64,000 nucleotides of DNA from the human T2T-CHM13v2.0 reference genome, Homo sapiens, in NCBI GenBank assembly GCA_009914755.4, contig CP086569.2, positions 40,672,001-40,736,000 of the forward strand, in the 5' to 3' direction. Position 1 is the stretch's first letter, and the number at the start of each line of letters is the position of its first letter. Under the pieces are notes generated by a model, which saw nothing but the letters and a program-made list of their open reading frames with translations, searched no databases and was not told the DNA's origin. The translations under genes and the position numbers were made by a program. Shown here one piece after another: positions 1 through 14,205 of the stretch.

Positions 1-3000
1 TGGAATAGAATGGAACGAAATTTCAAGGAATGGAATCAAACTGAATGGAATCAAATCAATGGAATCTAATCAAATGGAATGGAAAGGAATTGAATGGAGT
101 AGATTGGATTGGATGGGATTGGAATGAAATGTACTGGAAAGGACTCGAATTTCATGAAACGGAATGGAATGAATTGGAACGGAATGGACTCGAATGGAAT
201 GGAATGTCATGGAATGGCATCAAATGGAATGGCATCAAACGGAATGGAATCGAATGCAATGGAATGCTATGGAATGGAATGGAATGCATTGGAATGGAAT
301 GTCCTCTAATGGAATGGATTCGAGTGGAATGGAATCGAATATAATGGAGTCGAATGAAATGGAATTGAAAGGAATGGGATCGAATAGAATGGAATATACT
401 GAAATGTAATGTAATGAACTCGAATATAATTGACTGGAATGGAATGTACATGAATGGAATGTAATCGAATGGAAAGTAATCCAATGGAATAGAATCTAAT
501 GCAATATAACCGACTCAGATAGAGTAGAATGTAATGGAATGGAGTGCAGTGCAATGGAATGGAATGGAATTGAATGCAATGGAATGGAATGGAATGGAAT
601 GGAATGGAATGGAATGGAATGGAATGGGATGGAATGGTATGGAATGGATAGTAATGGACTGGAGTGAAATGGACTGGAAAGGAATGGACTCAAATTGAAA
701 GGGCTCGAAAGGAATGGAGTCAAATGGAATGGTCTGGAATGGAATGAACACGAGTGTAATGCAATCCAATAGAATGGAAACGAATGACATGGAATATAAA
801 GAAATGGAATCGAAGAGAATGGAAACAAATGGAATGGAATTGAATGGAATGGAATTGAATGGAATGGGAACGAATGGAGTGAAATTGTATGCAGTAGAAG
901 GGAATAGAATGGAATGCAAGCGAAAGGAAAGGAATGGATTGGAATGGAATGGAATTCATTGGAATGGAAGGGAATGTAGTGTAATGGACAGGCCTGGAAT
1001 AAAGTGGAATGCTACGGTCTCGAATGGAATAAAAATGTATGGAATGGAATGCAATGAAACGGAATCGAATGTCATAGAATGTAATGGAATGCAACAAAAT
1101 GGAATCCAAAATCATTGACTGGAAAGGCTGGGTGTCGAAAGGAATTGACTCCAATGGAATGGAATCGAATGGAATGGAAGTGAATAGAATGGAACTAAAT
1201 CGAATGGAATGGAATTGATAGGAACGGAATGGAAAGGAATGCAATGATTTGGCATGGAATGGAATCGAATGGCATCGAATGGAATGGAATGGAATGCAAT
1301 GGAATGGAATGTATTAGAATGTAATGAACTTTAATGGAATGTACTCGAATGGATTCGACTGGAATGGAATGTTCTGGAAGTGAATGGACTCCAATGGAAT
1401 GGATTCAAAGGAATGGAATCGTACGGAATGGAATCTAATGGAATGGAATTAAATGGAAATGAATCAAATTGAATAGCACGGAATTGAATTGAATGGAATC
1501 GAATGCAATGGAATCTAATGAAACGGAAAGGAAAGGAATGCAATGGAATGGAATGGGCTGGAATGGAAAGGAATCGAAACGAATGGAATGGAATCGAACT
1601 GAAGAGACTGGAATGGAATGCACTGGAATGGAAGGGAGTGTAATGGAAGGTTCTCGAAAAAAATGGAATCGAATGGAATGGAATTGAATGGAACGGAATA
1701 GAGTCGAATGGAATTGAATGGAATGGAATGGACTAGAGTGAAATGGAATCGAACCACAAGGAATGGAGAGGAATAGAATGGTCTCGAATTGAATGGAATC
1801 GTATGGAATGGCATCAAACGGAATGGAATGGACAGCCACGGAATGGAATGCACTCGAATGCAATGGAGTCGAAACTAATGGACTGGAATAGAATGGACTC
1901 GACTGGTACGGACTCCAATGGAAGGGAATCGAATGGAAGGGAATCGAACGGAATGGACTCGAAGGGAAAAGACTGCAATGGAAAGGTCTCGAATGGAATG
2001 GAAATTAATGGAATGGAATGGAATCGAATGAAATGGAGTCAAAAGGAATGGAATCGAATGGCAAGAAATCGAATGTAATGGAATCGCAAGGAATTGATGT
2101 GAGCGGAACGGAATGGAATGGAATCCAAAGGAATGGAATAGAATGGAATGGAATCGAATGGAAAGGACTCGAATGGAAATCACTGGAATAGAATGCAATT
2201 TAATAAAATAGGATCAAATGTAATGGAATGGAATGGAAAGGAATCGAAACGAAAGGAATGGAGACAGATGGAATGGAATAGAACAGAGAGCAATGGTATA
2301 GAATGGAATGGAATCATCTGGAATGGAATTGAATGGAATGGAATAATATGAAATGGAATGGAATGGAATGGAATGGAATGCCCTTGAATTAAATGGACTG
2401 GAATGGAATGGACTCGAACAGAGTGGAATGGAAAGTGTTGAGATAGAATGGAATGGACTCGTTTGGAATGGTCTAGTATGCAATGCAATCGACTGGCAGG
2501 GAATCAAAAGGAATGTAATCGAATGGATTGGACTGGAATGCAATGGACTCGAATAGATTGCAAACGGAATGCAAAGGAATGGAATGGAATAGTATGGAAT
2601 GGAATGGAAAGGAATGGAGTGGAATAGACTAGAGTGGAATGGAATGGACTGGAAAGCAATGGACTGGAATGGAACTTTCTTGAATGGACTGGAATCAAAC
2701 GGAATGGAATGCAATGCAATCAAATGGCATGGAATAAAATAGAATGAAAGAGAATCAAATGGAATTGAATCGAATGGAATCGAATGGATTGGAAAGGAAT
2801 AGAATGGAATGGAATGGAATGGACTAGAATGGAATGGATTCGAATGGAAGGCAAAGGAATGGAATCTATTGGAATGGACTGTAATGGAATGGAATGGAAG
2901 GGATTGGAATGGACTCGAATGGAATGGACTGCAATAGAAAGGATTCGAATGGAATGAAAAAGAATTGAATGGAATAGAACAGAATGGAATCAAATCGAAT

Positions 3001-3553
3001 GAAATGGAATGGAATAGAAAGGAATGGAATGAAATGGAATGGAAAGGATTCGAATGGAATGCAATCGAATGGAATGGAATCGAACGGAATGGAATAAAAT
3101 GGAAGAAAACTGGCAAGAAATGGAATCGAAATGAATGGAGTGTTATGGAACGGACTCAAAAGGAATTGAATGTAATAGAATGGAGTGGAGTGGACTCGAA
3201 TATAATGGACTGGAATGGAATGAAATCACATGGAATGGGAACGAATGGAATGGAATGGAAAGGAATGGAATCGAATGGAAAGGAATCGAATGGAAGGGAA
3301 TGAAATTGAATCAACAGGAATGGAAGGGAATAGAATAGACGGTAATGGAATGGACTCGAATAGAATGGACACGAATGCTCAAATTGAATGGACTCGAATG
3401 GAATGGAAACGAAAGGAATGTCATCGAATGGAATTGAATCGATTGGAATGAAATCGCATAGAATGGAGTGGAATCAAATGGAATTGAATCGAAAGGAAAG
3501 GAAGCGAATGGACTGAAATGAAATGGAATGGAATTGAATGGAAAGTAATGCAA
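1..3553 (+). repeat. DYZ1: DYZ1-type HSat3 higher-order repeat copy 1 (3553 bp)
   Basis: Position 1 (tggaatagaatggaacgaaatttca) realigns at 3554, 7133, 10662 and 14206. The pure (GGAAT)9 tract lies at 581-625. Confidence 0.8.
581..625 (+). repeat. perfect (GGAAT)9 microsatellite-like tract inside HOR copy 1
   Basis: Nine uninterrupted ggaat units are followed by gggat. Confidence 0.9.
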
Positions 3554-6500
3554 TGGAATAGAATGGAACGAAATTTCACGGAATGGAATCAAACTGAATG
3601 GAATCAAATCAATGGAATCTAATCAAATGGAATGGAAAGGAATTGAATGGAGTAGATTGGATTGGATGGGATTGGAATGAAATGTACTGGAAAGGACTCG
3701 AATTTCATGAAACGGAATGGAATGAATTGGAACGGAATGGACTCGAATGGAATGGAATGTCATGGAATGGCATCAAATGGAATGGCATCAAATGGAATGG
3801 AATCGAATGCAATGGAATGCTATGGAATGGAATGGAATGCATTGGAATGGAATGTCCTCTAATGGAATGGATTCGAGTGGAATGGAATCGAATATAATGG
3901 AGTCGAATGAAATGGAATTGAAAGGAATGGGATCGAATAGAATGGAATATACTGAAATGTAATGTAATGAACTCGAATATAATTGACTGGAATGGAATGT
4001 ACATGAATGGAATGTAATCGAATGGAAAGTAATCCAATGGAATAGAATCTAATGCAATAAAACCGACTCAGATAGAGTAGAATGTAATGGAATGGAGTGC
4101 AGTGCAATGGAATGGAATGGAATTGAATGCAATGGAATGGAATGGAATGGAATGGAATGGAATGGAATGGAATGGAATGGAATGGAATGGGATGGAATGG
4201 TATGGAATGGATAGTAATGGACTGGAGTGAAATGGACTGGAAAGGAATGGACTCAAATTGAAAGGGCTCGAAAGGAATGGAGTCAAATGGAATGGTCTGG
4301 AATGGAATGAACACGAGTGTAATGCAATCCAATAGAATGGAAACGAATGACATGGAATATAAAGAAATGGAATCGAAGAGAATGGAAACAAATGGAATGG
4401 AATTGAATGGAATGGAATTGAATGGAATGGGAACGAATGGAGTGAAATTGTATGCAGTAGAAGGGAATAGAATGGAATGCAAGCGAAAGGAAAGGAATGG
4501 ATTGGAATGGAATGGAATTCATTGGAATGGAAGGGAATGTAGTGTAATGGACAGGCCTGGAATAAAGTGGAATGCTACGGTCTCGAATGGAATAAAAATG
4601 TATGGAATGGAATGCAATGAAACGGAATCGAATGTCATAGAATGTAATGGAATGCAAAAAAATGGAATCCAAAATCATTGACTGGAAAGGCTGGGTGTCG
4701 AAAGGAATTGACTCCAATGGAATGGAATCGAATGGAATGGAAGTGAATAGAATCGAACTAAATCGAATGGAATGGAATTGATAGGAACGGAATGGAAAGG
4801 AATGCAATGATTTGGCATGGAATGGAATCGAATGGCATCGAATGGAATGGAATGGAATGCAATGGAATGGAATGTATTAGAATGTAATGAACTTTAATGG
4901 AATGTACTCGAATGGATTCGACTGGAATGGAATGTTCTGGAAGTGAATGGACTCCAATGGAATGGATTCCAAAGGAATGGAATCGTACGGAATGGAATCT
5001 AATGGAATGGAATTAAATGGAAATGAATCAAATTGAATAGCACGGAATTGAATTGAATGGAATCGAATGCAATGGAATCTAATGAAACGGAAAGGAAAGG
5101 AATGCAATGGAATGGAATGGGCTGGAATGGAAAGGAATCGAAACGAATGGAATGGAATCGAACTGAAGAGACTGGAATGGAATGCACTGGAATGGAAGGG
5201 AGTGTAATGGAAGGTTCTCGAAAAAAATGGAATCGAATGGAATGGAATTGAATGGAACGGAATAGAGTCGAATGGAATTGAATGGAATGGAATGGACTAG
5301 AGTGAAATGGAATCGAACCACAAGGAATGGACAGGAATAGAATGGTCTCGAATTGAATGGAATCGTATGGAATGGCATCAAACGGAATGGAATGGACAGC
5401 CACGGAATGGAATGCACTCGAATGCAATGGAGTCGAAACTAATGGACTGGAATAGAATGGACTCGACTGGTACGGACTCCAATGGAAGGGAATCGAATGG
5501 AAGGGAATCGAACGGAATGGACTCGAAGGGAAAAGACTGCAATGGAAAGGTCTCGAATGGAATGGAAATTAATGGAATGGAATGGAATCGAATGAAATGG
5601 AGTCAAAAGGAATGGAATCGAATGGCAAGAAATCGAATGTAATGGAATCGCAAGGAATTGATGTGAACGGAAGGGAATGGAATGGAATCCAAAGGAATGG
5701 AATAGAATGGAATGGAATCGAATGGAAAGGACTCGAATGGAAATCACTGGAATAGAATGCAATTTAATAAAATAGGATCAAATGTAATGGAATGGAATGG
5801 AAAGGAATCGAAACGAAAGGAATGGAGACAGATGGAATGGAATAGAACAGAGAGCAATGGTATAGAATCGAATGGAATCATCTGGAATGGAATTGAATGG
5901 AATGGAATAATATGAAATGGAATGGAATGGAATGGAATGGAATGCCCTTGAATTAAATGGACTGGAATGGAATGGACTCGAACAGAGTGGAATGGAAAGT
6001 GTTGAGATAGAATGGAATGGACTCGTTTGGAATGGTCTAGTATGCAATGCAATCGACTGGCAGGGAATCAAAAGGAATGTAATCGAATGGATTGGACTGG
6101 AATGCAATGGACTTGAAGAGATTGCAAACGGAATGCAAAGGAATGGAATGGAATAGTATGGAATGGAATGGAAAGGAATGGAGTGGAATAGACTAGAGTG
6201 GAATGGAATGGACTGGAAAGCAATGGACTGGAATGGAACTTTCTTGAATGGACTGGAATCAAACGGAATGGAATGCAATGCAATCAAATGGCATGGAATA
6301 AAATAGAATGAAAGAGAATCAAATGGAATTGAATCGAATGGAATCGAATGGATTGGAAAGGAATAGAATGGAATGGAATGGAATTGACTCAAATGGAATG
6401 GACTAGAATGGAATGGATTCGAATGGAAGGCAAAGGAATGGAATCTATTGGAATGTACTGTAATGGAATGGAATGGAAGGGATTGGAATGGACTCGAATG

Positions 6501-7132
6501 GAATGGACTGCAATAGAAAGGATTCGAATGGAATGAAAAAGAATTGAATGGAATAGAACAGAATGGAATCAAATCGAATGAAATGGAATGGAATAGAAAG
6601 GAATGGAATGAAATGGAATGGAAAGGATTCGAATGGAATGCAATCGAATGGAATGGAATCGAACGGAATGGAATAAAATGGAAGAAAACTGGCAAGAAAT
6701 GGAATCGAAATGAATGGAGTGTTATGGAACGGACTCAAAAGGAATTGAATGTAATAGAATGGAGTGGAGTGGACTCGAATATAATGGACTGGAATGGAAT
6801 GAAATCACATGGAATGGGAACGAATGGAATGGAAGGGAAAGGAATGGAATCGAATGGAAAGGAATCGAATGGAAGGGAATGAAATTGAATCAACAGGAAT
6901 GGAAGGGAATAGAATAGACGGTAATGGAATGGACTCGAATTGAATGGACACGAATGCTCAAATTGAATGGACTCGAATGGAATGGAAACGAAAGGAATGT
7001 CATCGAATGGAATTGAATCGATTGGAATGAAATCGCATAGAATGGAGTGGAATCAAATGGAATTGAATCGAAAGGAAAGGAAGCGAATGGACTGAAATGA
7101 AATGGAATGGAATTGAATGGAAAGTAATGCAA
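3554..7132 (+). repeat. DYZ1: DYZ1-type HSat3 higher-order repeat copy 2 (3579 bp)
   Basis: Copy 2 is near-identical to copy 1, with only a few substitutions by eye. It is longer because the pure (GGAAT) tract has 11 units (4134-4188) instead of 9, plus other small indels. Confidence 0.8.
4134..4188 (+). repeat. perfect (GGAAT)11 tract inside HOR copy 2 (slippage variant of 581-625)
   Basis: Eleven uninterrupted ggaat units account for +10 bp relative to copy 1 at the homologous site. Confidence 0.9.
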
Positions 7133-10100
7133 TGGAATAGAATGGAACGAAATTTCACGGAATGGAATCAAACTGAATGGAATCAAATCAATGGAATCTA
7201 ATCAAATGGAATGGAAAGGAATTGAATGGAGTAGATTGGATTGGATGGGATTGGAATGAAATGTACTGGAAAGGACTCGAATTTCATGAAACGGAATGGA
7301 ATGAATTGGAACGGAATGGACTCGAATGGAATGGAATGTCATGGAATGGCATCAAATGGAATGGAATCGAATGCGATGGAATGCTATGGAATGGAATGGA
7401 ATGCATTGGAATGGAATGTCCTCTAATGGAATGTATTCGAGTGGAATGGAATCGAATATAATGGAGTCTAATGAAATGGAATTGAAAGGAATGGGACCGA
7501 ATACAATGGAATATACTGGAATGTAATGTAATGAACTCGAATGTAATTGACTGGAATGGAATGTACATGAATGGAATGTAATCGAATGGAAAGTAATCCA
7601 ATGGAATAGAATCTAATGCAATAAAATCGACTCAGATAGAGTAGAATGTAATGGAAAGGAGTGCAGTGCAATGGAATGGAATGGAATGGAATGCAATGGA
7701 ATGCAATGGAATGGAATGGAATGGGATGGAATGGTGTGGAATGGATAGTAATGGACTGGAGTGAAATGGACTGGAAAGGAATGGACTCAAATTGAAAGGG
7801 CTCGAAAGGAATGGAGTCAAATGGAATGGTCTGGAATGGAATGAACACGAATGTAATGCAATCCAATAGAATGGAATCGAATGGCATGGAATATAAAGAA
7901 ATGGAATCGAAGAGAATGGAAACAAATGGAATGGAATTGAATGGAATGGAATTGAATGGAATGGGAACGAATGGAGTGAAATTGTATGCAGTAGAAGAGA
8001 ATAGAATGGAATGCAAGCGAAAGGAAAGGAATGGATTGGAATGGAATGGAATTCATTGGAATGGAAGGGAATGTAGTGTAATGGACAGGCCTGGAATAAA
8101 GTGGAATGCTACGGTCTCGAATGGAATAAAAATGTATGGAATGGAATGCAATGAAACGGAATCGAATGTCATAGAATGTAATGGAATGCAACAAAATGGA
8201 ATCCAAAATCATTGACTGGAAAGGCTGGGTGTCGAAAGGAATTGACTCCAATGGAATGGAATCGAATGGAATGGAAGTGAATAGAATCGAACTAAATCGA
8301 ATGGAATGGAATTGATAGGAACGGAATGGAAAGGAATGCAATGATTTGGCATGGAATGGAATCGAATGGCATCGAATGGAATGGAATGGAATGCAATGGA
8401 ATGGAATGTATTAGAATGTAATTAACTTTAATGGTATGTACTCGAATGGATTCGACTGGAATGGAATGTTCTGGAAGTGAATGGATTCCAATGGAATGGA
8501 TTCAAAAGGAATGGAATCGTACGGAATGGAATCTAATGGAATGGAATTAAATGGAAATGAATCAAATTGAATAGCACGGAATTGAATTGAATGGAATCGA
8601 ATGCAATGGAATCTAATGAAACGGAAAGGAAAGGAATGGAATGGAATGGAATGGGCTGGAATGGAAAGGAATCGAAACGAATGGAATGGAATCGAACTGA
8701 AGAGACTGGAATGGAATGCACTGGAATGGAAGGGAGTGTAATGGAAGGTTCTCGAAAAAAATGGAATCGAATGGAATGGAATTGAATGGAACGGAATAGA
8801 GTCGAATGGAATTGAATGGAATGGAATGGACTAGAGTGAAATGGAATCGAACCACAAGGAATGGACAGGAATAGAATGGTCTCGAATTGAATGGAATCGT
8901 ATGGAATGGCATCAAACGGAATGGAATGGACAGCCACGGAATGGAATGCACTCGAATGCAATGGAGTCGAAACTAATGGACTGGAATAGAATGGACTCGA
9001 CTGGTACGGACTCCAATGGAATGGAATCGAATGGAAGGGAATCGAACGGAATGGACTCGAAGGGAAAAGACTGCAATGGAAAGGTCTCGAATGGAATGGA
9101 AATTAATGGAATGGAATGGAATCGAATGAAATGGAGTCAAAAGGAATGGAATCGAATGGCAAGAAATCGAATGTAATGGAATCGCCAGGAATTGATGTGA
9201 ACGGAACGGAATGGAATGGAATCCAAAGGAATGGAATAGAATGGAATGGAATCGAATGGAAAGGACTCGAATGGAAATCACTCGAATAGAATGCAATTTA
9301 ATAAAATAGGATCAAATGTAATGGAATGGAATGGAAAGGAATCGAAACGAAAGGAATGGAGACAGATGGAATGGAATGGAACAGAGAGCAATGGTATAGA
9401 ATGGAATGGAATCATCTGGAATGGAATTGAATGGAATGGAATAACATGAAATGGACTGGAATGGAATGGAATGCCCTTGAATTAAATGGACTGGAATGGA
9501 ATGGACTCGAACAGAGTGGAATGGAAAGTGTTGAAATAGAATGGAATGGACTGGTTTGGAATGGTCTAGTATGCAATGCAATCGACTGGCAGGGAATCAA
9601 AAGGAATGTAAACGAATGGATTGGACTGGAACGCAATGGACTCGAATAGATTGGAAACGGAATGCAAAGGAATGGAATGGAATAGTATGGAATGGAATGG
9701 AAAGGAATGGAGTGGAATAGACTAGAGTGGAATGGAATGGACTCGAAAGCAATGGACTGGAATGGAACTTTCTTGAATGGACTGGAATCAAACGGAATGG
9801 AATGCAATGCAATCAAATGGCATGGAATAAAATAGAATGAAAGAGAATCAAATGGAATTGAATCGAATGGAATCGAATGGATTGGAAAGGAATAGAATGG
9901 AATGGAATGGAATTGACTCAAATGGAATGGACTAGAATGGAATGGATTCGAATGGAAGGCAAAGGAATGGAATCTATTGGAATGGACTGTAATGGAATGG
10001 AATGGAAGGGATTGGAATGGACTCGAATGGAATGGACTGCAATAGAAAGGATTCGAATGGAATGAAAAAGAATTGAATGGAATAGAACAGAATGGAATCA

Positions 10101-10661
10101 AATCGAATGAAATGGAATGGAATAGAAAGGAATGGAATGAAATGGAATGGAAAGGATTCGAATGGAATGCAATCGAATGGAATGGAATCGAACGCAATGG
10201 AATAAAATGGAAGAAAACTGGCAAGAAATGGAATCGAAATGAATGGAGTGTTATGGAACGGACTCAAAAGGAATTGAATGTAATAGAATGGAGTGGAGTG
10301 GACTCGAATATAATGGACTGGAATGGAATGAAATCACATGGAATGGGAACGAATGGAATGGAATGGAAAGGAATGGAATCGAATGGAAAGGAATCGAATG
10401 GAAGGGAATGAAATTGAATCAACAGGAATGGAAGGGAATAGAATAGACGGTAATGGAATGGACTCGAATAGAATGGACACGAATGCTCAAATTGAATGGA
10501 CTCGAATGGAATGGAAACGAAAGGAATGTCATCGAATGGAATTGAATCGATTGGAATGAAATCGCATAGAATGGAGTGGAATCAAATGGAATTGAATCGA
10601 AAGGAAAGGAAGCGAATGGACTGAAATGAAATGGAATGGAATTGAATGGAAAGTTATGTAA
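7133..10661 (+). repeat. DYZ1: DYZ1-type HSat3 higher-order repeat copy 3 (3529 bp)
   Basis: Same HOR as copies 1 and 2. The pure-pentamer region is rearranged (7669-7730, interrupted by gcaat units), and the copy is shorter by ~25-50 bp. Confidence 0.8.
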
Positions 10662-13600
10662 TGGAATAGAATGGAACGAAATTTGACGGAATGCAATCAA
10701 ACTGAATGGAATCAAATCAATGGAATCAAATCAAATGGAATGGAAAGGAATTGAATGGAGTAGATTGGATTGGATGGGATTGGAATGAAATGTACTGGAA
10801 AGGACTCGAATTTCATGAAACGGAATGGAATGAATTGGAACGGAATGGACTCGAATGGAATGGAATGTCATGGAATGGCATCAAATGGAATGGCATCAAA
10901 TAGAATGGAATCGAATGCAATGGAGTGCTATGGAATGGAATGGAATGCATTGGAATGGAATGTCCTCTAATGGAATGGATTCGAGTGGAATGGAATCGAA
11001 TATAATGGAGTCGAATGAAATGGAATTGAAAGGAATGGGATCGAATACAATGGAATATACTGGAATGTAATGTAATGAACTCGAATGTAATTGACTGGAA
11101 TGGAATGTACATGAATGGAATGTAATTTAATGGAAAGTAATCCAATGGAATAGAATCTAATGCAATAAAATCGACTCAGATAGAGTAGAATGTAATGGAA
11201 TGGAGTGCAGTGCAATGGAATGGAATGGAATGGAATGCAATGGAATGGAATGGAATGGAATGGAATGGGATGGAATGGGATGGAATGGATAGTAATGGAC
11301 TGGAGTGAAATGGACTGGAAAGGAATGGACTCAAATTGAAAGGGCTCGAAAGGAATGGAGTCAAATGGAATGGTCTGGAATGGAATGAACACGAATGTAA
11401 TGCAATCCAATAGAATGGAATCGAATGGCATGGAATATAAAGAAATGGAATCGAAGAGAATGGAAACAAATGGAATGGAATTGAATGGAATGGAATTGAA
11501 TGGAATGGGAACGAATGGAGTGAAATTGTATGCAGTAGAAGAGAATAGAATGGAATGCAAGCGAAAGGAAAGGAATGGATTGGAATGGAATGGAATTCAT
11601 TGGAATGGAAGGGAATGTAGTGTAATGGACAGGCCTGGAATAAAGTGGAATGCTACGGTCTCGAATGGAATAAAAATGTATGGAATGGAATGAAATGAAA
11701 CGGAATCGAATGTCATAGAATGTAATGGAATGCAACAAAATGGAATCCAAAATCATTGACTGGAAAGGCTGGGTGTCGAAAGGAATTGACTCCAATGGAA
11801 TGGAATCGAATGGAATGGAAGTGAATAGAATCGAACTAAATCGAATGGAATGGAATTGATAGGAACGGAATGGAAAGGAATGCAATGATTTGGCATGGAA
11901 TGCAATCGAATGGCATCGAATGGAATGGAATGGAATGCAATGGAATGGAATGTATTAGAATGTAATGAACTTTAATGGAATGTACTCGAATGGATTCGAC
12001 TGGAATGGAATGTTCTGGAAGTGAATGGACTCCAATGGAATGGATTCCAAAGGAATGGAATCGTACGGAATGGAATCTAATGGAATGGAATTAAATGGAA
12101 ATGAATCAAATTGAATAGCACGGAATTGAATTGAATGGAATGGAATGCAATGGAATCTAATGAAACGGAAAGGAAAGGAATGGAATGGAATGGAATGGGC
12201 TGGAATGGAAAGGAATCGAAACGAATGGAATGGAATCGAACTGAAGAGACTGGAATGGAATGCACTGGAATGGAAGGGAGTGTAATGGAAGGTTCTCGAA
12301 AAAAATGGAATCGAATGGAATGGAATTGAATGGAACGGAATAGAGTCGAATGGAATTGAATGGAATGGAATGGACTAGAGTGAAATGGAATCGAACCACA
12401 AGGAATGGACAGGAATAGAATGGTCTCGAATTGAATGGAATCGTATGGAATGGCATCAAACGGAATGGAATGGACAGCCACGGAATGGAATGCACTCGAA
12501 TGCAATGGAGTCGAAACTAATGGACTGGAATAGAATGGACTCGACTGGTACGGACTCCAATGGAATGGAATCGAATGGAAGGGAATCGAACGGAATGGAC
12601 TCGAAGGGAAAAGACTGCAATGGAAAGGTCTCGAATGGAATGGAAATTAATGGAATGGAATGGAATCGAATGAAATGGAGTCAAAAGGAATGGAATCGAA
12701 TGGCAAGAAATCGAATGTAATGGAATCGCAAGGAATTGATGTGAAAGGAACGGAATGGAATGGAATCCAAAGGAATGGAATAGAATGGAATGGAATCGAA
12801 TGGAAAGGACTCGAATGGAAATCACTCGAATAGAATGCAATTTAATAAAATAGGATCAAATGTAATGGAATGGAATGGAAAGGAATCGAAACGAAAGGAA
12901 TGGAGACAGATGGAATAGAATGGAACAGAGAGCAATGGTATAGAATGGAATGGAATCATCTGGAATGGAATTGAATGGAATGGAATAACATGAAATGGAC
13001 TGGAATGGAATGGAATGCCCTTGAATTAAATGGACTGGAATGGAATGGACTCGAACAGAGTGGAATGGAAAGTGTTGAAATAGAATGGAATGGACTGGTT
13101 TGGAATGGTCTAGTATGCAATGCAATCGACTGGCAGGGAATCAAAAGGAATGTAAACGAATGGATTGGACTGGAATGCAATGGACTCGAATAGATTGGAA
13201 ACGGAATGCAAAGGAATGGAATGGAATAGTATGGAATGGAATGGAAAGGAATGGAGTGGAATAGACTAGAGTGGAATGGAATGGACTGGAAAGCAATGGA
13301 CTGGAATGGAACTTTCTTGAATGGACTGGAATCAAACGGAATGGAATGCAATGCAATCAAATGGCATGGAATAAAATAGAATGAAAGAGAATCAAATGGA
13401 ATTGAATCGAATGGAATCGAATGGATTGGAAAGGAATAGAATGGAATGGAATGGAATTGACTCAAATGGAATGGACTAGAATGGAATGGATTCGAATGGA
13501 AGGCAAAGGAATGGAATCTATTGGAATGGACTGTAATGGAATGGAATGGAAGGGATTGGAATGGACTCGAATGGAATGGACTGCAATAGAAAGGATTCGA

Positions 13601-14205
13601 ATGGAATGAAAAAGAATTGAATGGAATAGAACAGAATGGAATCAAATCGAATGAAATGGAATGGAATAGAAAGGAATGGAATGAAATGGAATGGAAAGGA
13701 TTCGAATGGAATGCAATCGAATGGAATGTAATCGAACGCAATGGAATAAAATGGAAGAAAACTGGCAAGAAATGGAATCGAAATGAATGGAGTGTTATGG
13801 AACGGACTCAAAAGGAATTGAATGTAATAGAATGGAGTGGAGTGGACTCGAATATAATGGACTGGAATGGAATGAAATCACATGGAATGGGAACGAATGG
13901 AATGGAATGGAAAGGAATGGAATCGAATGGAAAGGAATCGAATGGAAGGGAATGAAATTGAATCAACAGGAATGGAAGGGAATAGAATAGACGGTAATGG
14001 AATGGACTCGAATAGAATGGACACGAATGCTGAAATCGAATGGACTCGAATGGAATGGAAACGAAAGGAATGTCATCGAATGGAATTGAATCGATTGGAA
14101 TGAAATCGCATAGAATGGAGTGGAATCAAATGGAATTGAATCGAAAGGAAAGGAAGCGAATGGACTGAAATGAAATGGAATGGAATTGAATGGAAAGTAA
14201 TGCAA
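10662..14205 (+). repeat. DYZ1: DYZ1-type HSat3 higher-order repeat copy 4 (3544 bp)
   Basis: Same HOR as the other copies, with a GGCC site at 11632-11635. Confidence 0.8.
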
